From Vicugna vicugna (taxonomy: Eukaryota), in the NCBI GenBank assembly GCA_013265495.1, contig MU058836.1:124001-188000 (forward strand): DNA of 64,000 nucleotides, in the 5' to 3' direction. Shown here in pieces: positions 48,647 through 62,199 of this stretch; the stretch's first letter is position 1, and each line of letters begins with the position of its first letter. Under the pieces are notes generated by a model. It did not search any database. It worked only from the letters and a program-made list of their open reading frames with translations, and was not told where the DNA came from. The position numbers and the translations under genes were made by a program.

Positions 48647-49643
48647 AAGAAACTGTATACTGATATCTGCGAATGGGTATCCTTGAAAAACAGAACAAAG
48701 AAGAGAAGCAGTAAGTTGCAAATGTCCTTAATGGTCAACCCAGAAGGCGGGGCTATTCATAAGCCTGAAACAGGCAACTATAAAACACGTGCTTACGGCA
48801 AGGGTTTAGACTTGGGGACTAGCCTCTGCCTTGAGTATTCCTCCCGTTAAATCTAGAATTAGAGATAGACCTCTTGGCTGGGGTGTCTCTGAAGAGAATC
48901 CTAAGGGCTTCAGTCTCTTATGTTGTATCTCCCACTTGGGGGTTAAAATCTGGCCCTGGGGTTTCATTCTGTAGCGGCTCCCTTTTCATTTGTGTTTATG
49001 TTAGACATGGAGAGACTCCTAGTCATCTATTATCTCTCAGGTTTAAAAATAGCCACCTCTTCTATTCTTAGGTTGCAATTTAGAACCAAAGAAGACTAAA
49101 GACAGAGGGAAAAAAAATATTTTCTGGTATTAGATTTCTTGATTGGTTTAAAAAAAAAACGATATATTTTTAACAGGAGACCGAAAGGGACCCAGCTTGG
49201 TCCACAGCCACAGTCACTGGGCAGAGTGGCCCCAGAACACAGAAAGACCAGTGAAAATCTTCATTAAATCCCGTCCGTGGAAGTCACCCACACAGACATG
49301 TTCACACCGCTGGCTAGATGTGTGCATTTCCTTTTGGAATGCTGGGTTTACAAAGATCTTATTTAAAATAGGATCCATTTTTGCACCGGGTTTTGAAAAA
49401 CTGGGATTTCCGTGAACAGGAATGTTAATAACAGGACTGGAAGCATCGCCTGCTAAGATGGGCCTGGCTGAAGTCACATTCTGTAAGAGGGACTGCTTGC
49501 TTGTTTTTCAGACACTGGTCACTGGGATTTTGTCGGAGGTAGTTCCAAATTGAGATGGACAGCCACAAGAATACCTAACGGGGTTCCTAAGATGGACCTT
49601 AACAAAGCCCACAAAAGGATTCAACGGGCACTGCAAAGTACCC

Positions 49644-49689
49644 ACTCTGTGCAGGACTAACTGTAGCTTATTATTAAGTGTAAACAACT
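49644..49689 (+). repeat. 46-bp exact dispersed duplication, copy 1
   Basis: actctgtgcaggactaactgtagcttattattaagtgtaaacaact, identical to 52491-52536. Confidence 0.95.
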
Positions 49690-50118
49690 GGACGCAAACA
49701 CACACAATGTCTTACATAACAATATGTGGGTAACAGTATGTTTCTCCTAAGATCTTTCAATTCCTCTCACTAAAGCCGGACAATTTTAGGGAAATATGGC
49801 AAAAATAGAAAGTCTCTGGCTGATCGGGCCTGGCGTCTCCTCCTCGAGTGACCTCAACTCCACTGGCCTCTCTGCACCACCGTCTCTAAGAAGCCGCTTC
49901 TCTCACCACGTGCTGCCAACATTGGCTTGTTTTCTCTACTTCCTCCCCACAGCTGTGCAAAGCTCACTTGGAATACCCAGATTTTATCAACAACCATCTT
50001 AAGACAATTTTCTGCCTCAGATACACTCCAGGGTTGCCTAGACTGGGCATATCACTCATCATTCTGGTGAGGATTTCTCTCTCTGTTTGCCCCTAATTGC
50101 AACTCTGGTGCTCCAATC

Positions 50119-50442
50119 CAGCACTATCTTATAGAAATATAAGAAGACCTACAAAAATGAACCATATGTGTAATCTCAAAGTTTCACATTACAGAGAGTT
50201 TTTAGAAAAGGAGAAATTAATTTTATATAAATATTAAAATCATCAAACATTATTTCAGCATAGAATCAAAATGTTAAAATCATGAATGAGATCTTGTGCA
50301 TTCTATTTTTTTTTTCTGTCATACTACGTTTCCACAACCTGGTATGCATTTTACCCTTATAGGATATCTGAATCTGGAGTAGTCAGATTGCACGTGTTCA
50401 AAGGGCACACATCACTAGTGGCTACCATACTGGATAGCACAG
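50119..50442. mobile_element. MER33-like hAT-Charlie MITE
   Basis: cagcactatcttatagaaatataa...ctagtggctaccatactggatagcacag termini; ~320 bp. Confidence 0.8.
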
Positions 50443-50621
50443 CACAAAGCTAATCTGGGGGCTTTCTGTTCTGGCCAGCTGGGCATGGTAATGGAGATTT
50501 ACAGTCTGCTCACATTTTGGTGGAATATATAGCTTCCTGATTCAGATCAACCAGAAAAGAACTTCCTACACCCCCACCAAGGAGTTGTACCGGGACAATT
50601 CCTGTGTATTAAACTCCACAT

Positions 50622-50672
50622 CCTCGTCCACTCCAATACCTCGTCCACTCCAGTACCTTGTCCAATACCTCT
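50622..50672. repeat. Short 17-bp tandem repeat (about 3 degenerate units)
   Basis: cctcgtccactccaata cctcgtccactccagta ccttgtccaata cctc. Confidence 0.85.
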
Positions 50673-52490
50673 TGTATTATTGTTGAATCCTTGCAGTCGC
50701 AGTTACCACGCTGAACATAACAACACAAAAAGCATTTCTGTTCCATAGCTTTACTTCTTGATGGTGGTTTTTAGCTAGGTAGGATGAGAAAGCCAAGATA
50801 AAAAGATCCTTTTACTTTGCTCTTTCCCTTACTCCTTTTCTTTTCCTTCTCCTTTGTTTCCTGGGCATTGAAGATGCTGTCAGATTCCTGCTCCTGTGGT
50901 TTATGGGGTTTCCTGCCTCCTCCCCTTCCTGGAGCTCCTCATGTGCAGAACATCTAACAGGTAGCCTCTGAGCGACCTCTATCCCAACCCTATATTTGTC
51001 TACAAATATAGCAGGAGAAGAGGGAAGAGACAGGGACTCAGGACTGAAGCCGGTGGGTGCGAAGAGTGCCAAGAGGTAGGAAGCTGGGTAGGGAAACATC
51101 TTAAGGGTAAAATAGGCGAAGGGAAAGAACTGAGAGCAAAAAGCCGTTGAGTCTATGGCGAGCATAGAGAATGGCTGGCAATTACAGAGGGAATGTTATT
51201 CGAAAGCTGGTGGGACCATCAAAATATACGAATTGTAAAGGTTAAGTGAAATGTTTATTTTATTCCTTTCTCCTCCTCAGTCAGCCTGCCTGAATACGAT
51301 TAACAGGAACACCGCACTTGCTGCATACTAAAATTAGATGTTGGTTCGACTTCTCACTCACCGCATTAATGCACAGACGCTTCTGACACATAAATGCCTT
51401 TCTCACCAGGCTCAGTCACCCTACACATCCTTCTCCAGAGCTGTGTGTTAGAAAGGAAACATGGAACTTCCGTTCAGCTGGCTTACCTGTGCAAGTCAGC
51501 ACCTCATGATGGCGTGGAAGGGACCGTGGATTAGAGCCGCAGACCTGAGGTCAAGTCCTGGCTCCACACCATCCCCGCGCCGCAACTTTGGGCAGGTCCG
51601 CGCTGAAGCAATAGTTTCCTTGTCTACCAAAGGGACACGCACGTCTCTTTGTTACCTACATCACAGGAATTGGGGAGGAAATAAATAAGACAATGGATAA
51701 GGAAGTATTTATGACGTCTAAAGCCTTACACACAAGGAGTAATGGAGTTATGTCTGTATTGGCCATTACGTCTAAACGTTTGACAAGTTGTTCCCAGTTT
51801 GAGGTTAGGGAGAGCAAGAGCCAACAAGTAACACTGGTTCATCCAGTATCTCCCAGAGACCAATGATATTAGATAAGAACTGAGTCCACCACGTCCCAGT
51901 CCCAGCCTGTGTTCCCCAACCATGTTGTCTTTCTGGAGAAAACACTTCTTGCCCAACCTGCTCCAACATAAAGCTTTCAGGCCTCAAGAGAGAGAGAGAA
52001 AAAAGGTTATTTTTTAGAATTAAAAAAAATCTGTCATTAAGCAATAATTTTTTGAAAGATTGACATCCAAATAATCTTTCCCCCAAATTTCTTTCTCTTC
52101 CGCATTACTTAGGTATATGTTATTACTTATAAAAGCTGAGTTGGAACTTTTAGCCTTAAAAAAATGACTTAAACGTGCCTTTGGGTTTTTTTCTTTATTA
52201 AGCAGACTCATAGGAAGAATCTGTGGATTTTTTCACTTGCCAAATACTTCTACAAATAAATACTTCTTTAATGAATTGGTTTTCAGTGAGATAATCCACT
52301 GAATGAAATAATTCATTTCCAGTTCTCAGTTGTGACTTACATATACAAAGCCAGTGACCGAGTTTATAAGCACATCCTCTGTAGCACTAACGCTCCTTAA
52401 ATATTATTCCTTGACCTCACTTGATGACGTACAATAAGGACAACATCACTGAACTTCAGAGCTGGTTCAAGCCTCAGAAATGCCTCCAGT

Positions 52491-52536
52491 ACTCTGTGCA
52501 GGACTAACTGTAGCTTATTATTAAGTGTAAACAACT
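52491..52536 (+). repeat. 46-bp exact dispersed duplication, copy 2 (inside a degenerate MIR at ~52440-52680)
   Basis: Identical to 49644-49689. Confidence 0.95.
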
Positions 52537-54624
52537 TAATAATTCATTCCTCATCACTGTTAGTAAAGTGGAAATACTATCCCCCATGTCACAGAATTCT
52601 TGAGAGAAATTAAATAAACAATTTTTATGTAAGAGCCTCAAGAAATTCAAAGTCTGATAGTAAAATAACCTTTATTTCATTACCGTTCTTTCAAGCTCTT
52701 ACTGTTTTAGGCAGGGTCATTTTTCCCATTGTATTGATCACAGATAAAGCAAGAAAAAGGCCTGTGACATTAAAGAGGGTTGGAACCTGAAAATGTGGAA
52801 ATATGGACTAAGAAATATAGCCTGTAATCCTAAGAAATGAAGGACCTGGGAGATTATCTAGTCTATCTCCTCGTTTCTCTGTGAAGGAAACACGGTGGGT
52901 GGGGTGGGGAAGGAGGGCCTGGCTGTCAGCAGTGTAAGAATAAAGACCAAACCCAAACCAGAGAAGATGCCCCCACCTTCTGCCTCTAAGATGTTTCACT
53001 GCATGGTGCAGCCTTATTTATGAAGATCAAATACACACCTTGGAGGCACAGCATCAGAGATGTCACTGGGGGACCCTCAGAGATGGAAGGTCGACCCTGG
53101 GCTCTGTAAACAGACCTGCTCTGTTGGTTCTCTCCCCCAGTTTCCTCCCAAGTGTCAACCATCCTCTCCACATACCTCTGCTGATGGTACACTCAATGCC
53201 CATCTATGCCTTCCTCACTTAATTTTCAACCATATAATCTTTTTCTGAGTAGGCTGTGTCTCTGCTGTAAGCCTCTGTCTGCCCTCTCTCCTTTGTGGCT
53301 GAGACCCAAGCTGCCAGGCTAGTCATCCAGTCATCGTGTTCATGAACATACACCAAGTCATTACGGAGCTAGTTACTTCATCGAAGCTGTCATAAGAGTT
53401 GTCTAGAAGAAAAGTACCAGGTGCCGTGAGTGAGTGTAACAGGGGACTGAACACAGGCTGGTGGTCAGGTTAAGTTTCCCCAAGGCCATGTTGAGACCAG
53501 CAGGATGAGTAGACATTGGACCCGTGAGGTTAGACAGATGGGAGGGGGAGGGCCCCAGGCCAAGGAATTAGCTCTCGTGAAGGCCCTGGAGACAAAGGGC
53601 CCAGAGGGTGCTAGAAAAGAAAGGAAAGCCATTGTAGGGGGAACAAAGAATGGAAGAGTGAGAGGGGAGAGAGATCACGAAGGCTACCCCCACACATACT
53701 GCAAATACTTGACAAGGCCTTACTCCTTCATCTTTCAGGTTTATCTATACCTTCCCTGAAATGGGTTGCCCAAGGAGAACTCAAGGGTCATAAACTTGCC
53801 TTCTCTGCCAGACTACACAGGTGCAAATTTTGGCTCTTCCAATTATGAGCTGTGAGATCTTAGTTATTTATTCTTCTGAGGATCCTCATCTATAACTGAT
53901 AATAGTGGTCCTCATTCATAACGTCTTGAGGATTAAATGAATTATTTGTGTAAATATACACGTAAGAAGTGCTATGTAAAACTTGGTTCTTATTAGGATG
54001 GTCCAAGCCAGCAGTTTGACTCTGAGTTTCCTTCTACTTTTTGCTTCTGTGTCTGTCCAGGGCTTCTGGGAAGCAGACAGGTTGGGCAGGGAGGGCTTCA
54101 AACTGACAAAGTCTTAGAGAATCCACTGAGGAGATCCAGAGCAAAGAAGGCCTGTGAAAGGAATCCCGCCTTGGGCAGAAGGGCTCGGGCCCTAGCGCTG
54201 TTACTGTGTTTGGTAACCAGCCAGAGAAGAATGCCCAGGAGGAGTGTGGCATCCATTCCAGTGCTGGAAACCTCCCAGCTCCCAGCCCAGCTCTTCCTTT
54301 AGGGTTGGTCTGAGGTTGCACATATGACCACCACAGCCTCTGACTCACTGAATAGGTCCCACTGCTCTCTACTCTCCTTTGCATCTTTCAAACTCTTGGT
54401 GCATTCCTCTGCTGACCCTTGGCCTTCCCGGGCTACTTGGCTGGTCGGACTTCCTCCCTGTTGGGGCTCCTAACTCCACTGTTGCGATGGATGCTACTCC
54501 AGCTTAACCCTTTCTACCTTTGGATGCACTGCTGCCTTTATTCTGTCATGGGAACCTAAGGGCCCTGTCTTTCCAAGCCTTGGCAGTGCTTTGGAGATCT
54601 GAAAATAATGATCTGGTGACAATG

Positions 54625-54850
54625 GTGTAGAAGAAGAGCACTGACATCAAGTAGAATAAGAGTTGAAAGCTGCTTCTACTATTTATTAATTGTGTAAACT
54701 ACTAAATCTTATCCAACCTCAGTTTCTCCATCTGTAAAATGGAACGAATGCCTACCTTTCAGTGTAGTGGTAAGGACTGGATGAGATAATGTATGTGACA
54801 GTTCCTAGCACAGTGACCACCATGTCGCAAATGCTCAATAAATACTATTT
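54625..54850 (+). mobile_element. MIR SINE
   Basis: aacctcagtttctccatctgtaaaatggaa...tgagataatgtatgtgac...atgctcaataaat. Confidence 0.85.
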
Positions 54851-54859
54851 TTCTTTCCC

Positions 54860-55435
54860 TTTTTTCTTTTTCTCATTTTGTCTTCTCCAAATTAATCGCC
54901 ACTGGTGTCCTCCTGGCCTTCAAGTGCTCTTCTCATCTGCAGGACTAGTTTTAAAAAGTTCTAATCTCTCTATAATAACTTGAAAGAGGTTATTTGGAAA
55001 ACAGAATAAAGGGTCTACTCCACACTGTGGTGGTAGAAGCACCACAAAAGAGATGATGTCTATCCACTAAAACCCAATTTCCAGGATTGCCCATTAAACC
55101 TAAGATAATAGTCAAGCTACCTAACATGGCCTTTGTCATGCAGTTCCTTCTGCCTGGAATTCTTTTCCTCTCACACATCTCCTGGCCCTGCCCTTTAGAT
55201 CGCTGTACTCTCACCTCCTAATCTAAACTAGCTCTCCATTAGACTTTCCATTATCCCTGCGTTTTGTTCTTTCCCTTATGGAATTTATCATAATTTGTAA
55301 TTTTATACCTATTTCTGTGGTTACAATTGTTTAATGTCTATTTTCCCTCTAGACAGTAAACTTCAAAAAGGCAGGAATTGTATCATATCTGGAACATCCA
55401 GCATAGAAAATCAATAATACTGTTGAATGAATGCA
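54860..55435 (+). mobile_element. L2 3' fragment
   Basis: gcagttccttctgcctggaattc...ctagacagtaaacttc...tcaataatactgttgaatgaatg. Confidence 0.7.
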
Positions 55436-55739
55436 TGATTCACCTCCTTCGACTCAAACCAAGATGGCACTCACTTTCCTTTTTTTTTTTTTTGGCAAAT
55501 TCATCTCACTATTGATTTGTATTCAGCTCCTTGTTCCCCATATCTCCAAAGGCTTTTACACACCTGTTACAACTAAGTCGTTGTGATCTATGTAGCTGTA
55601 CAAGTGCACAATTGTGCACGTGTGTGTAAGTTTAATATGAACAAAAGGAATATATTTGGGTAAATAATGGGTGTTCAGGTCAACTGAAGGGGGTATTGTT
55701 TTTGTGTGTGTGTGTGTGTTTGTGTAAAGATAAACAGGG

Positions 55740-56560
55740 TATTAACAAAGTCACCTGTGCTTTGTCATGGAAGGCTTGAAGTCATGGAATGCTTGAACAA
55801 AAGGGAGGCATTGGAGAATATTTCACAAGCAAAGATGAAGTGAAGGGGCAATGGTTTTACTCATAATCCAAGACGTGGGGTCATGAGCAGGCAACCAGGA
55901 CCAGAGTAGGGAGATCACAAGGAAAATCCTAAACCTATAGTCCACAATGGGGCCTGGAGCCCTGGGAACCAAGAAGCTTGGTCAAAAGACCCAGAAACAG
56001 CAATGAGGCCTTATAGTTAAGCTTGAACTCATGAATGGTGGTGAGTCATTGAAGGTGTTAGAGAGTGATGGTCGTATTTGTGGTGGAGAAAGATGCCACT
56101 AGGGATTTACCAAGTGAATGATGAAAGGGAGAAGCTGAGCGGGAGAGACGAACTTGGCATTCAGAGCTGCAGTCTGTGCTGGAGGATGATGGTAATTTTT
56201 GAGAAAAAATAATGAATTCATCGTTGGATAAACTATATGAAACGCTTAGAGTGTGAATGAACTGCAGGGGATGTCAAAATCCTGAATTCAAAAGATTAGT
56301 AGATGGAAACAAAGGAGAAAATCAGGGAGAGAGGAAGACAGTAAAGGGCCAACAGGAGAGAAGGTCAAAAAGGAAAAATTGGTTGGCCTCTTCAATACTG
56401 TGGAGAAGATGAGTAGAAGATGGTGTACACTGAGAGAAGCCTATAAGATTTAGAATTTAAGTGGTCCCTGGTGATCTTGGAGAGAGCAATTTCAGAGAAG
56501 GTGGAGAGGCCAGAACCTTATGGTGGCTGGATGATTCGTAAGTGGGAAGTAAAAGCGGGT
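55740..56560 (-). mobile_element. L2 fragment (degenerate)
   Basis: Purine-rich antisense L2 text (ggtgatcttggagagagcaatttcagagaaggtgg). Confidence 0.55.
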
Positions 56561-57620
56561 AATGATATGGAACACGGAGGAAACCATGGCTGGGCTTTGA
56601 TTCCCTCTGACCATGTTTGTTTCACCTTTTCCTGTCTGTCTCATAGTTTCCAACAGTTTCAGTACATCCTGAATTTTCTCTCCAGCGCTTTTTCCATGTC
56701 TTTTGTTACATGCTCTTTTTTCTTTCTTTCTTGGTTGCAGCCCCCTTTGCTCCTGGACTCTCTCCTACTTGGGCTGCTTCTCTGATTTATAGTCGGAACT
56801 GCCTGTTTAAGAGCTGTTTCACCTTCTCTTGCCACTTTCCCTGCTCCAAGAGGCATGTTATGGAATCATGGTGAATCTTCCTTTGAAATCAGCTTTCCAA
56901 AAGTTTAGGGGCACCACGTGCATATCTTAAGCTCTTGTCAGCCACACACACACACAAACCTCCCACTTCCAGAAGGCTGCTTCTAACACTCCCCAGAATG
57001 TCTGTTACACAGAGCAAGTAGGGTCTTGCCCATGCCCTCTTGACAGTTAGTCTTCAGACAAGAGTACAGAAAGATAACTAATTAACAAAGGATATGTTTC
57101 CTGCAACCATCATGTCAAATAAACATGTAAACATAGCATAAAGTCTGCGAACTATATATGAATGCCAGGCCATCTGAGTCTGTGAATGCCTGTCTTCTTC
57201 ACCCACGGATGTTGAGGGAAAGGGGTCCTCCTTATTCAGTGTCTCTGAAATGTGTACTGCTTCCAGATTTGCACCTACACCTATCAAAAAACTCCAAGCA
57301 TTCTTTCTCATCAGAAACATGAGCTGTGTATACTGCTATCAGATCTCTAAGATTCTTGTGGTTGCCAACCTCTACCCTACAGCACACACACAGTATTGGA
57401 GAAGGATGGAAAAAAGCAGCTGGACTCACTCACATAATATTGCTATGTTTTCTTTTGCTTATTACTTCTTGCTTAGTCATTCTTCCTCCAGTCTTACAGC
57501 AACACACAATTATCAGGGTTATCTAACGCCTAGACGCCTTTTATTCCCTCATCTAGGATGATACAGTAGCTTTCACTCAAGTCTCTTCTGTGGGTATCTT
57601 GTGTTGATCAAGAAGTAAAG

Positions 57621-58985
57621 TGGATTTTTGACAAAGATGTAAAGACCACTCAACAGGAAAAAAATAGTCTTTTCAACACATGATGTTGGGACAATTGGAT
57701 ATCCACAGGCAGAAATGCGAGGTTGGGCCTCTACCTCATACCATATACAGATGGATCAAATATCTAAATGTAGATGCTAAAACTATCAAACTCTTAGGAG
57801 ATAACATAGAAGTAAATCCTTGTGGCCTTGAGTTAGACAAAGCCTTTTTCAGAGACACCACCAAAAGCACAGTGACTAAAGCAAAAAATAGAAAAATTGG
57901 ACTTCATTGAAAGTAAAAGCATTTGCACTTCAAAGGACATTGGCAAGTGAAGAGACAACACAAAGAATGGAAGAAAATATTTACAAATGATATGTTAGAT
58001 AAGAAACTTTTATCTAGAATATGTAGAGAACTTTTATCACTCAATAATAGAAAGACAAATAACCCAATTTAAAAAAGAGCAAAGGACTTTTCTCCAAAAA
58101 ACATACACAAATGGCCAATAATCTCATGAAAGATTACTCAATATCATTAGCCATTAGGGAAATTCAAATAAAATCCACAATGAGATACCACTTTATATCC
58201 ATGAGGGTGGCTATCATCTATAAGTGATGGACAAGAACAAGTATTGACTAGGATGAAGAGAAATTAGAACTTATACATACTGCTGAGAGGGATGGAAAAT
58301 AGTGGAGTTGCTTTGAATCTGACAATTCATCAAAATGTTAACCATGGAGTTACCACATGACCCAATATCTCCACACCTATGTACCCAACAAAGAGAAATA
58401 AAAATACATGCCCACATGAAAACCAGTGCACAAATATTTATAGTAGCCATATTCATAATAGCCCAAAGTAGAAACAACCCAAGTCTCCATCAATTGATGA
58501 ATGAATAACCAAAATGTGGTCTATTCATACATGGAATATTACTCAGCCATACAAAGGATATGTGTTACGATACTGATGAAGGTTGAAAACATTATGCTAA
58601 GTGAAAGGAGGCAGGCATAAAAGGCTACATATTGTATGGTTCCATTTCCATGAAATATTTGGAATAAGCAAACCAATAGAGACAAAGTTTTCCAGTGGTT
58701 ACCTAGGAGACCTTGTGGGGAGAGGAAAGCACAAGGAGTTTGTGGGAGGCACGGAGGTCATGGCTGAGAGTGATGGGGTTTCTTTTTGGGGTGATGGAGT
58801 TAGATTGTGGTGATGGTTGTACAACTTTAAGAGTATACTCAAGATCACTGAATTGCAGGCTTTAAATGATGAACTTTATGATATTTGAAATATATGTAGA
58901 CTTAAAAATGTAAAGAAGGGGGGAAGGGGAAGAAGAGGAGGAGAAGAAAGAGAATAAAGAGGAGGAGAGGGAGGAGGAGACAGAG
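57621..58985 (+). mobile_element. Old L1 (L1MB-like) ORF2 3' part plus 3' UTR, decayed tail, TSD retained
   Basis: ORF 57680-57910 contains RWIKYLNVDAKTIKLLGDNI (L1 ORF2); ccacaatgagataccac and gttaccacatgaccca motifs; perfect TSD AGAAGTAAAG at 57611-57620 and 58986-58995. Confidence 0.92.
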
Positions 58986-59419
58986 AGAAGTAAAGCAGCA
59001 GATGTTAGGCGTAGAGTCACCACACAGCAGTAAAGAAGGACGAGGGTTTCCAAGAATGCAAAAACAAATGACCGGAAGGCAAGCTGGCCACCTCTTCCAT
59101 AAAGATTAGAGTCATTGAAACTCCAGATTCCTCGTGGTCCTTTCAACCCATCCCCTGATGGCGGGGGCCGTCTTAGACTGTACTCACCACCTATAAATTC
59201 ATTCATTAACATACTCAATATTGAGCTTTTGTATCTCCTGCTATGGATGCTGTACACCTGGATAGATAACCTGATGTGTCCTAGACCAGGTGATGTGTGC
59301 CGCCCAGACTTTAAAAAAATTATCATTTAAATCTGGAAAAAGTTTTAAAGATTACATCATCACCATCATCATAGAGTAATAATAACTAATTTTGATACGG
59401 TACAAAAGAAATCTTTATT

Positions 59420-59650
59420 TGGCTGGGATGACCTGTCCCTCTTTGGAACTTCTCTAATCCTGAACTTCATCTCTCTTTGTAGCCTTAATTGCACGCTACC
59501 TTCTATTACGCTATTTTCAGGTTGGGGTTATTTTATTGATAGATTATAAATCCTTCAATGAAGAGTCATCACTGTATCCCAGGGGCCTAGCACAGAGCTT
59601 GCCCACAGTATCCTGGGCTCTGCTGTTGTTTGTTGATGATTGAATCAATG
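59420..59650 (+). mobile_element. L2 3' end
   Basis: catcactgtatcccaggggcctagcacagagcttgcccacagta...tttgttgatgattgaat. Confidence 0.7.
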
Positions 59651-60525
59651 AGCCCCTGATTCCATTCGAAATTGGACAGAGTACACACATAAAGAATTTA
59701 AAAAACAAACAAAACAACGTAAGAACTTCGCTGATCTCAGAGGCAGAGGCCATTTGTAGTCTGTGCTGTCCCTGCCTTCCCCAGGCTAGCCCCAGTGGCC
59801 CCAGTGGCCCAGCCGCAGGCCTCTCCTGTGTTGGAACGGCTTCTGTTACTGTTTCTGAACAGCCAAGGCGCATCGTACAATGGAACTTGGTTCCCCTTAC
59901 AACGCTGCTCCTCTTATAACAGTAGGTAGATTTTGGAACGTGTAGAAAACCTTGACTGGCCTTCATGTTTAACTATCCGGAAGCAGTTGCCTTCCTCTGT
60001 AGATGCTCTTTGAAATATAGATGAATCCAGAATTCAGAATGCAGATCAGTCATTTTCTTTCTGGATCTCCCGGGGCCTTCTCAAGGGTACTTCTGACGAG
60101 GCCACTACAAACCCCAGTGCCCGAGCTCCCGGGGGTTCCCACGGAGCAGGCACGTTCAAGGGAGTCCTGTGGGGAGCGAGTGGTTCAAGGGGAAATCTGA
60201 GCTTTGTACAGAACTTAGAGGGCCCCGGAAACCCGCGAAGCCCTTCTGCTGCCTGTGTTCACAGACTTTGGGACTATTTGCTTTCTCATCCCATAGCAGA
60301 TGGAAAATATTTTCAGAAATTTTGTTTCAACATATTCAAAAAAATTGTATTTAGATTTTGTTTTTTGGAGAGGGGAATTCAGAACCCTGTAGAATTAAAA
60401 TTAAAATGCATCCAATACATGCGTAGATCTCTTAAGAAATCTTATGTCTATTAAATTACAGAAAGAAGGGTGGCTTTTCCAGGATTTTGTATGTTCATAA
60501 CTTACCACATTCGATATTGTTTCTT

Positions 60526-60858
60526 TAAAAAAAACTTTCATCTCTTTTTTAAAATTGAAGTAGAGTCGATTTACAATGTTGTGTTAATTTCTGGTGTACA
60601 GCATAGTGATTCATTTATACACATATATATTCCTTTCCATATTTTTTACATTATAGGCTATTACAAGATATTGAATATAGTTCTCTGTGCTATACAGTAG
60701 GACCTTGCTGTTTATCCATTTTTATACATAGTAGTTAATATCTACAAATTCCAAACTCCCAATTTATCCCTTGCCACCCCCTTTCCCACCTGGTAACCAT
60801 AAGTTTGTTTTCTATGTCTGTGAGTCTGTCTTTGTTTTGTAAATAAGTTCATTTGTTT
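60526..60858 (-). mobile_element. 5'-truncated lineage-specific L1 3' UTR with TSD
   Basis: Antisense to the L1 ends at 8930-9220 and 48446-48640; TSD GATATT(G/T)TTTCTT at 60513-60525 and 60859-60871. Confidence 0.92.
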
Positions 60859-62199
60859 GATATTTTTTCTTCAATTACAATCACACGGGCAAACCACACT
60901 GTTTTACAAAGTGCTCTTGCAGGCCACCCTGAACTGTTGCTCACAGATGACAATGAACTTCATCTTAGGGATGAAGAAACTGAGGCTGAGAGGTGTCGTG
61001 ACCCCCTGGGTGCTCACAGGTAACAGCAGCGCCAGCACCCCAAAATCAGTAGTGAGGCTTCGGACTTTATCATCATCACTTAGCATCTCATGTCATCCCG
61101 TTACGTTTAGACACAGGAAGCCCAGGTGCCAGAGGGAGACAAACATAACCGTTTGAGGATGTACTTTCCAAAATCAATATTGGCAAGAAGAAATTAGCCT
61201 CAAGATTTGGAGGAGAGGAGGCATAGTGTGGGTTTTATTCTCTCTTTTTGGGGGGCTCATAACCACATTTCGCTTCTTATCACAAAGCAGACTGAATTTA
61301 CAGATAAGAACCCCAAGTCTTGGGTCTAGGATTCAACAAACCTTCTACCACGACAAAGGTTCACTGCTTTCCATGCGGGCACGATGCTCTGACATTCCCA
61401 TATGCAGACAACTCGCCAAAACAGTGTAGTGTTTCAAAACCCATGTACTGAATGGAGACAAGATCTCAGTACAAGCCGTGGGAGCAGCATGAATTTATGA
61501 AGCAGAAAGTGTGGGCCGAGGAAGAGACCAGCCCAGTACCAGTTTACTGGCCTTGCTGTTCTCTTAAGAGGCACTAACGGTAGTGGGCTGGTGCAATGGA
61601 AGCAAACCCGGCTTCACTTAAAGCAGTAGCATGAAATTGGTTGCAATAAAATTATGCATTAAGCGTGCATTATGTTTAATAAGACTGGATTGCGGTTCCC
61701 ATGTTTACTCTGTGACTACTGAGGCTGATCCAATTTTCTAAAGTTCCCCAATCGGTTCACGATCAAGTTTCCGGCCAGAAGGTCAAATTTCCCTCGCTGT
61801 TATTATATGTCTCTATTACTTTACTATGGCATTTACACTTTATATTCATTACATTTTTTTCCCCTATCTCTTGAACCTTCCCTGTTCCAAAATGTTCCCT
61901 GTGGATGGCCCGTTTGACACAAATTAGAACAACCTTGAGAGCTGTCAACTGGAGACTGTCTGAGAACAAAAGGGTATGATGGCAAACCAGCGCTGGAGGT
62001 AATTTCTCGCGCTTTCTCTGAAGGCTTCTTAATGGCCTTGGAGAAATAATGCATTTCAGATCTGCACCAGGAGACAAAAGAGCGGGTGCTGGGGGAAGCA
62101 TATGACTTGGTCATTAGACGCCACTGTCCTGGGGTTAGGAGTACTAGCATTGGAAAGTGGAGATGTCTGTTTTCATTTCACCATGTATATTATTATTAT

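Noticed and set aside
50622..50672. Short direct repeats considered as a CRISPR-like array
   Set aside because: Head-to-tail units with no unique spacers, in mammalian DNA; a simple slippage repeat.
52897..52917. Isolated G4 motif
   Set aside because: Such motifs are common and nothing in the context supports a function.
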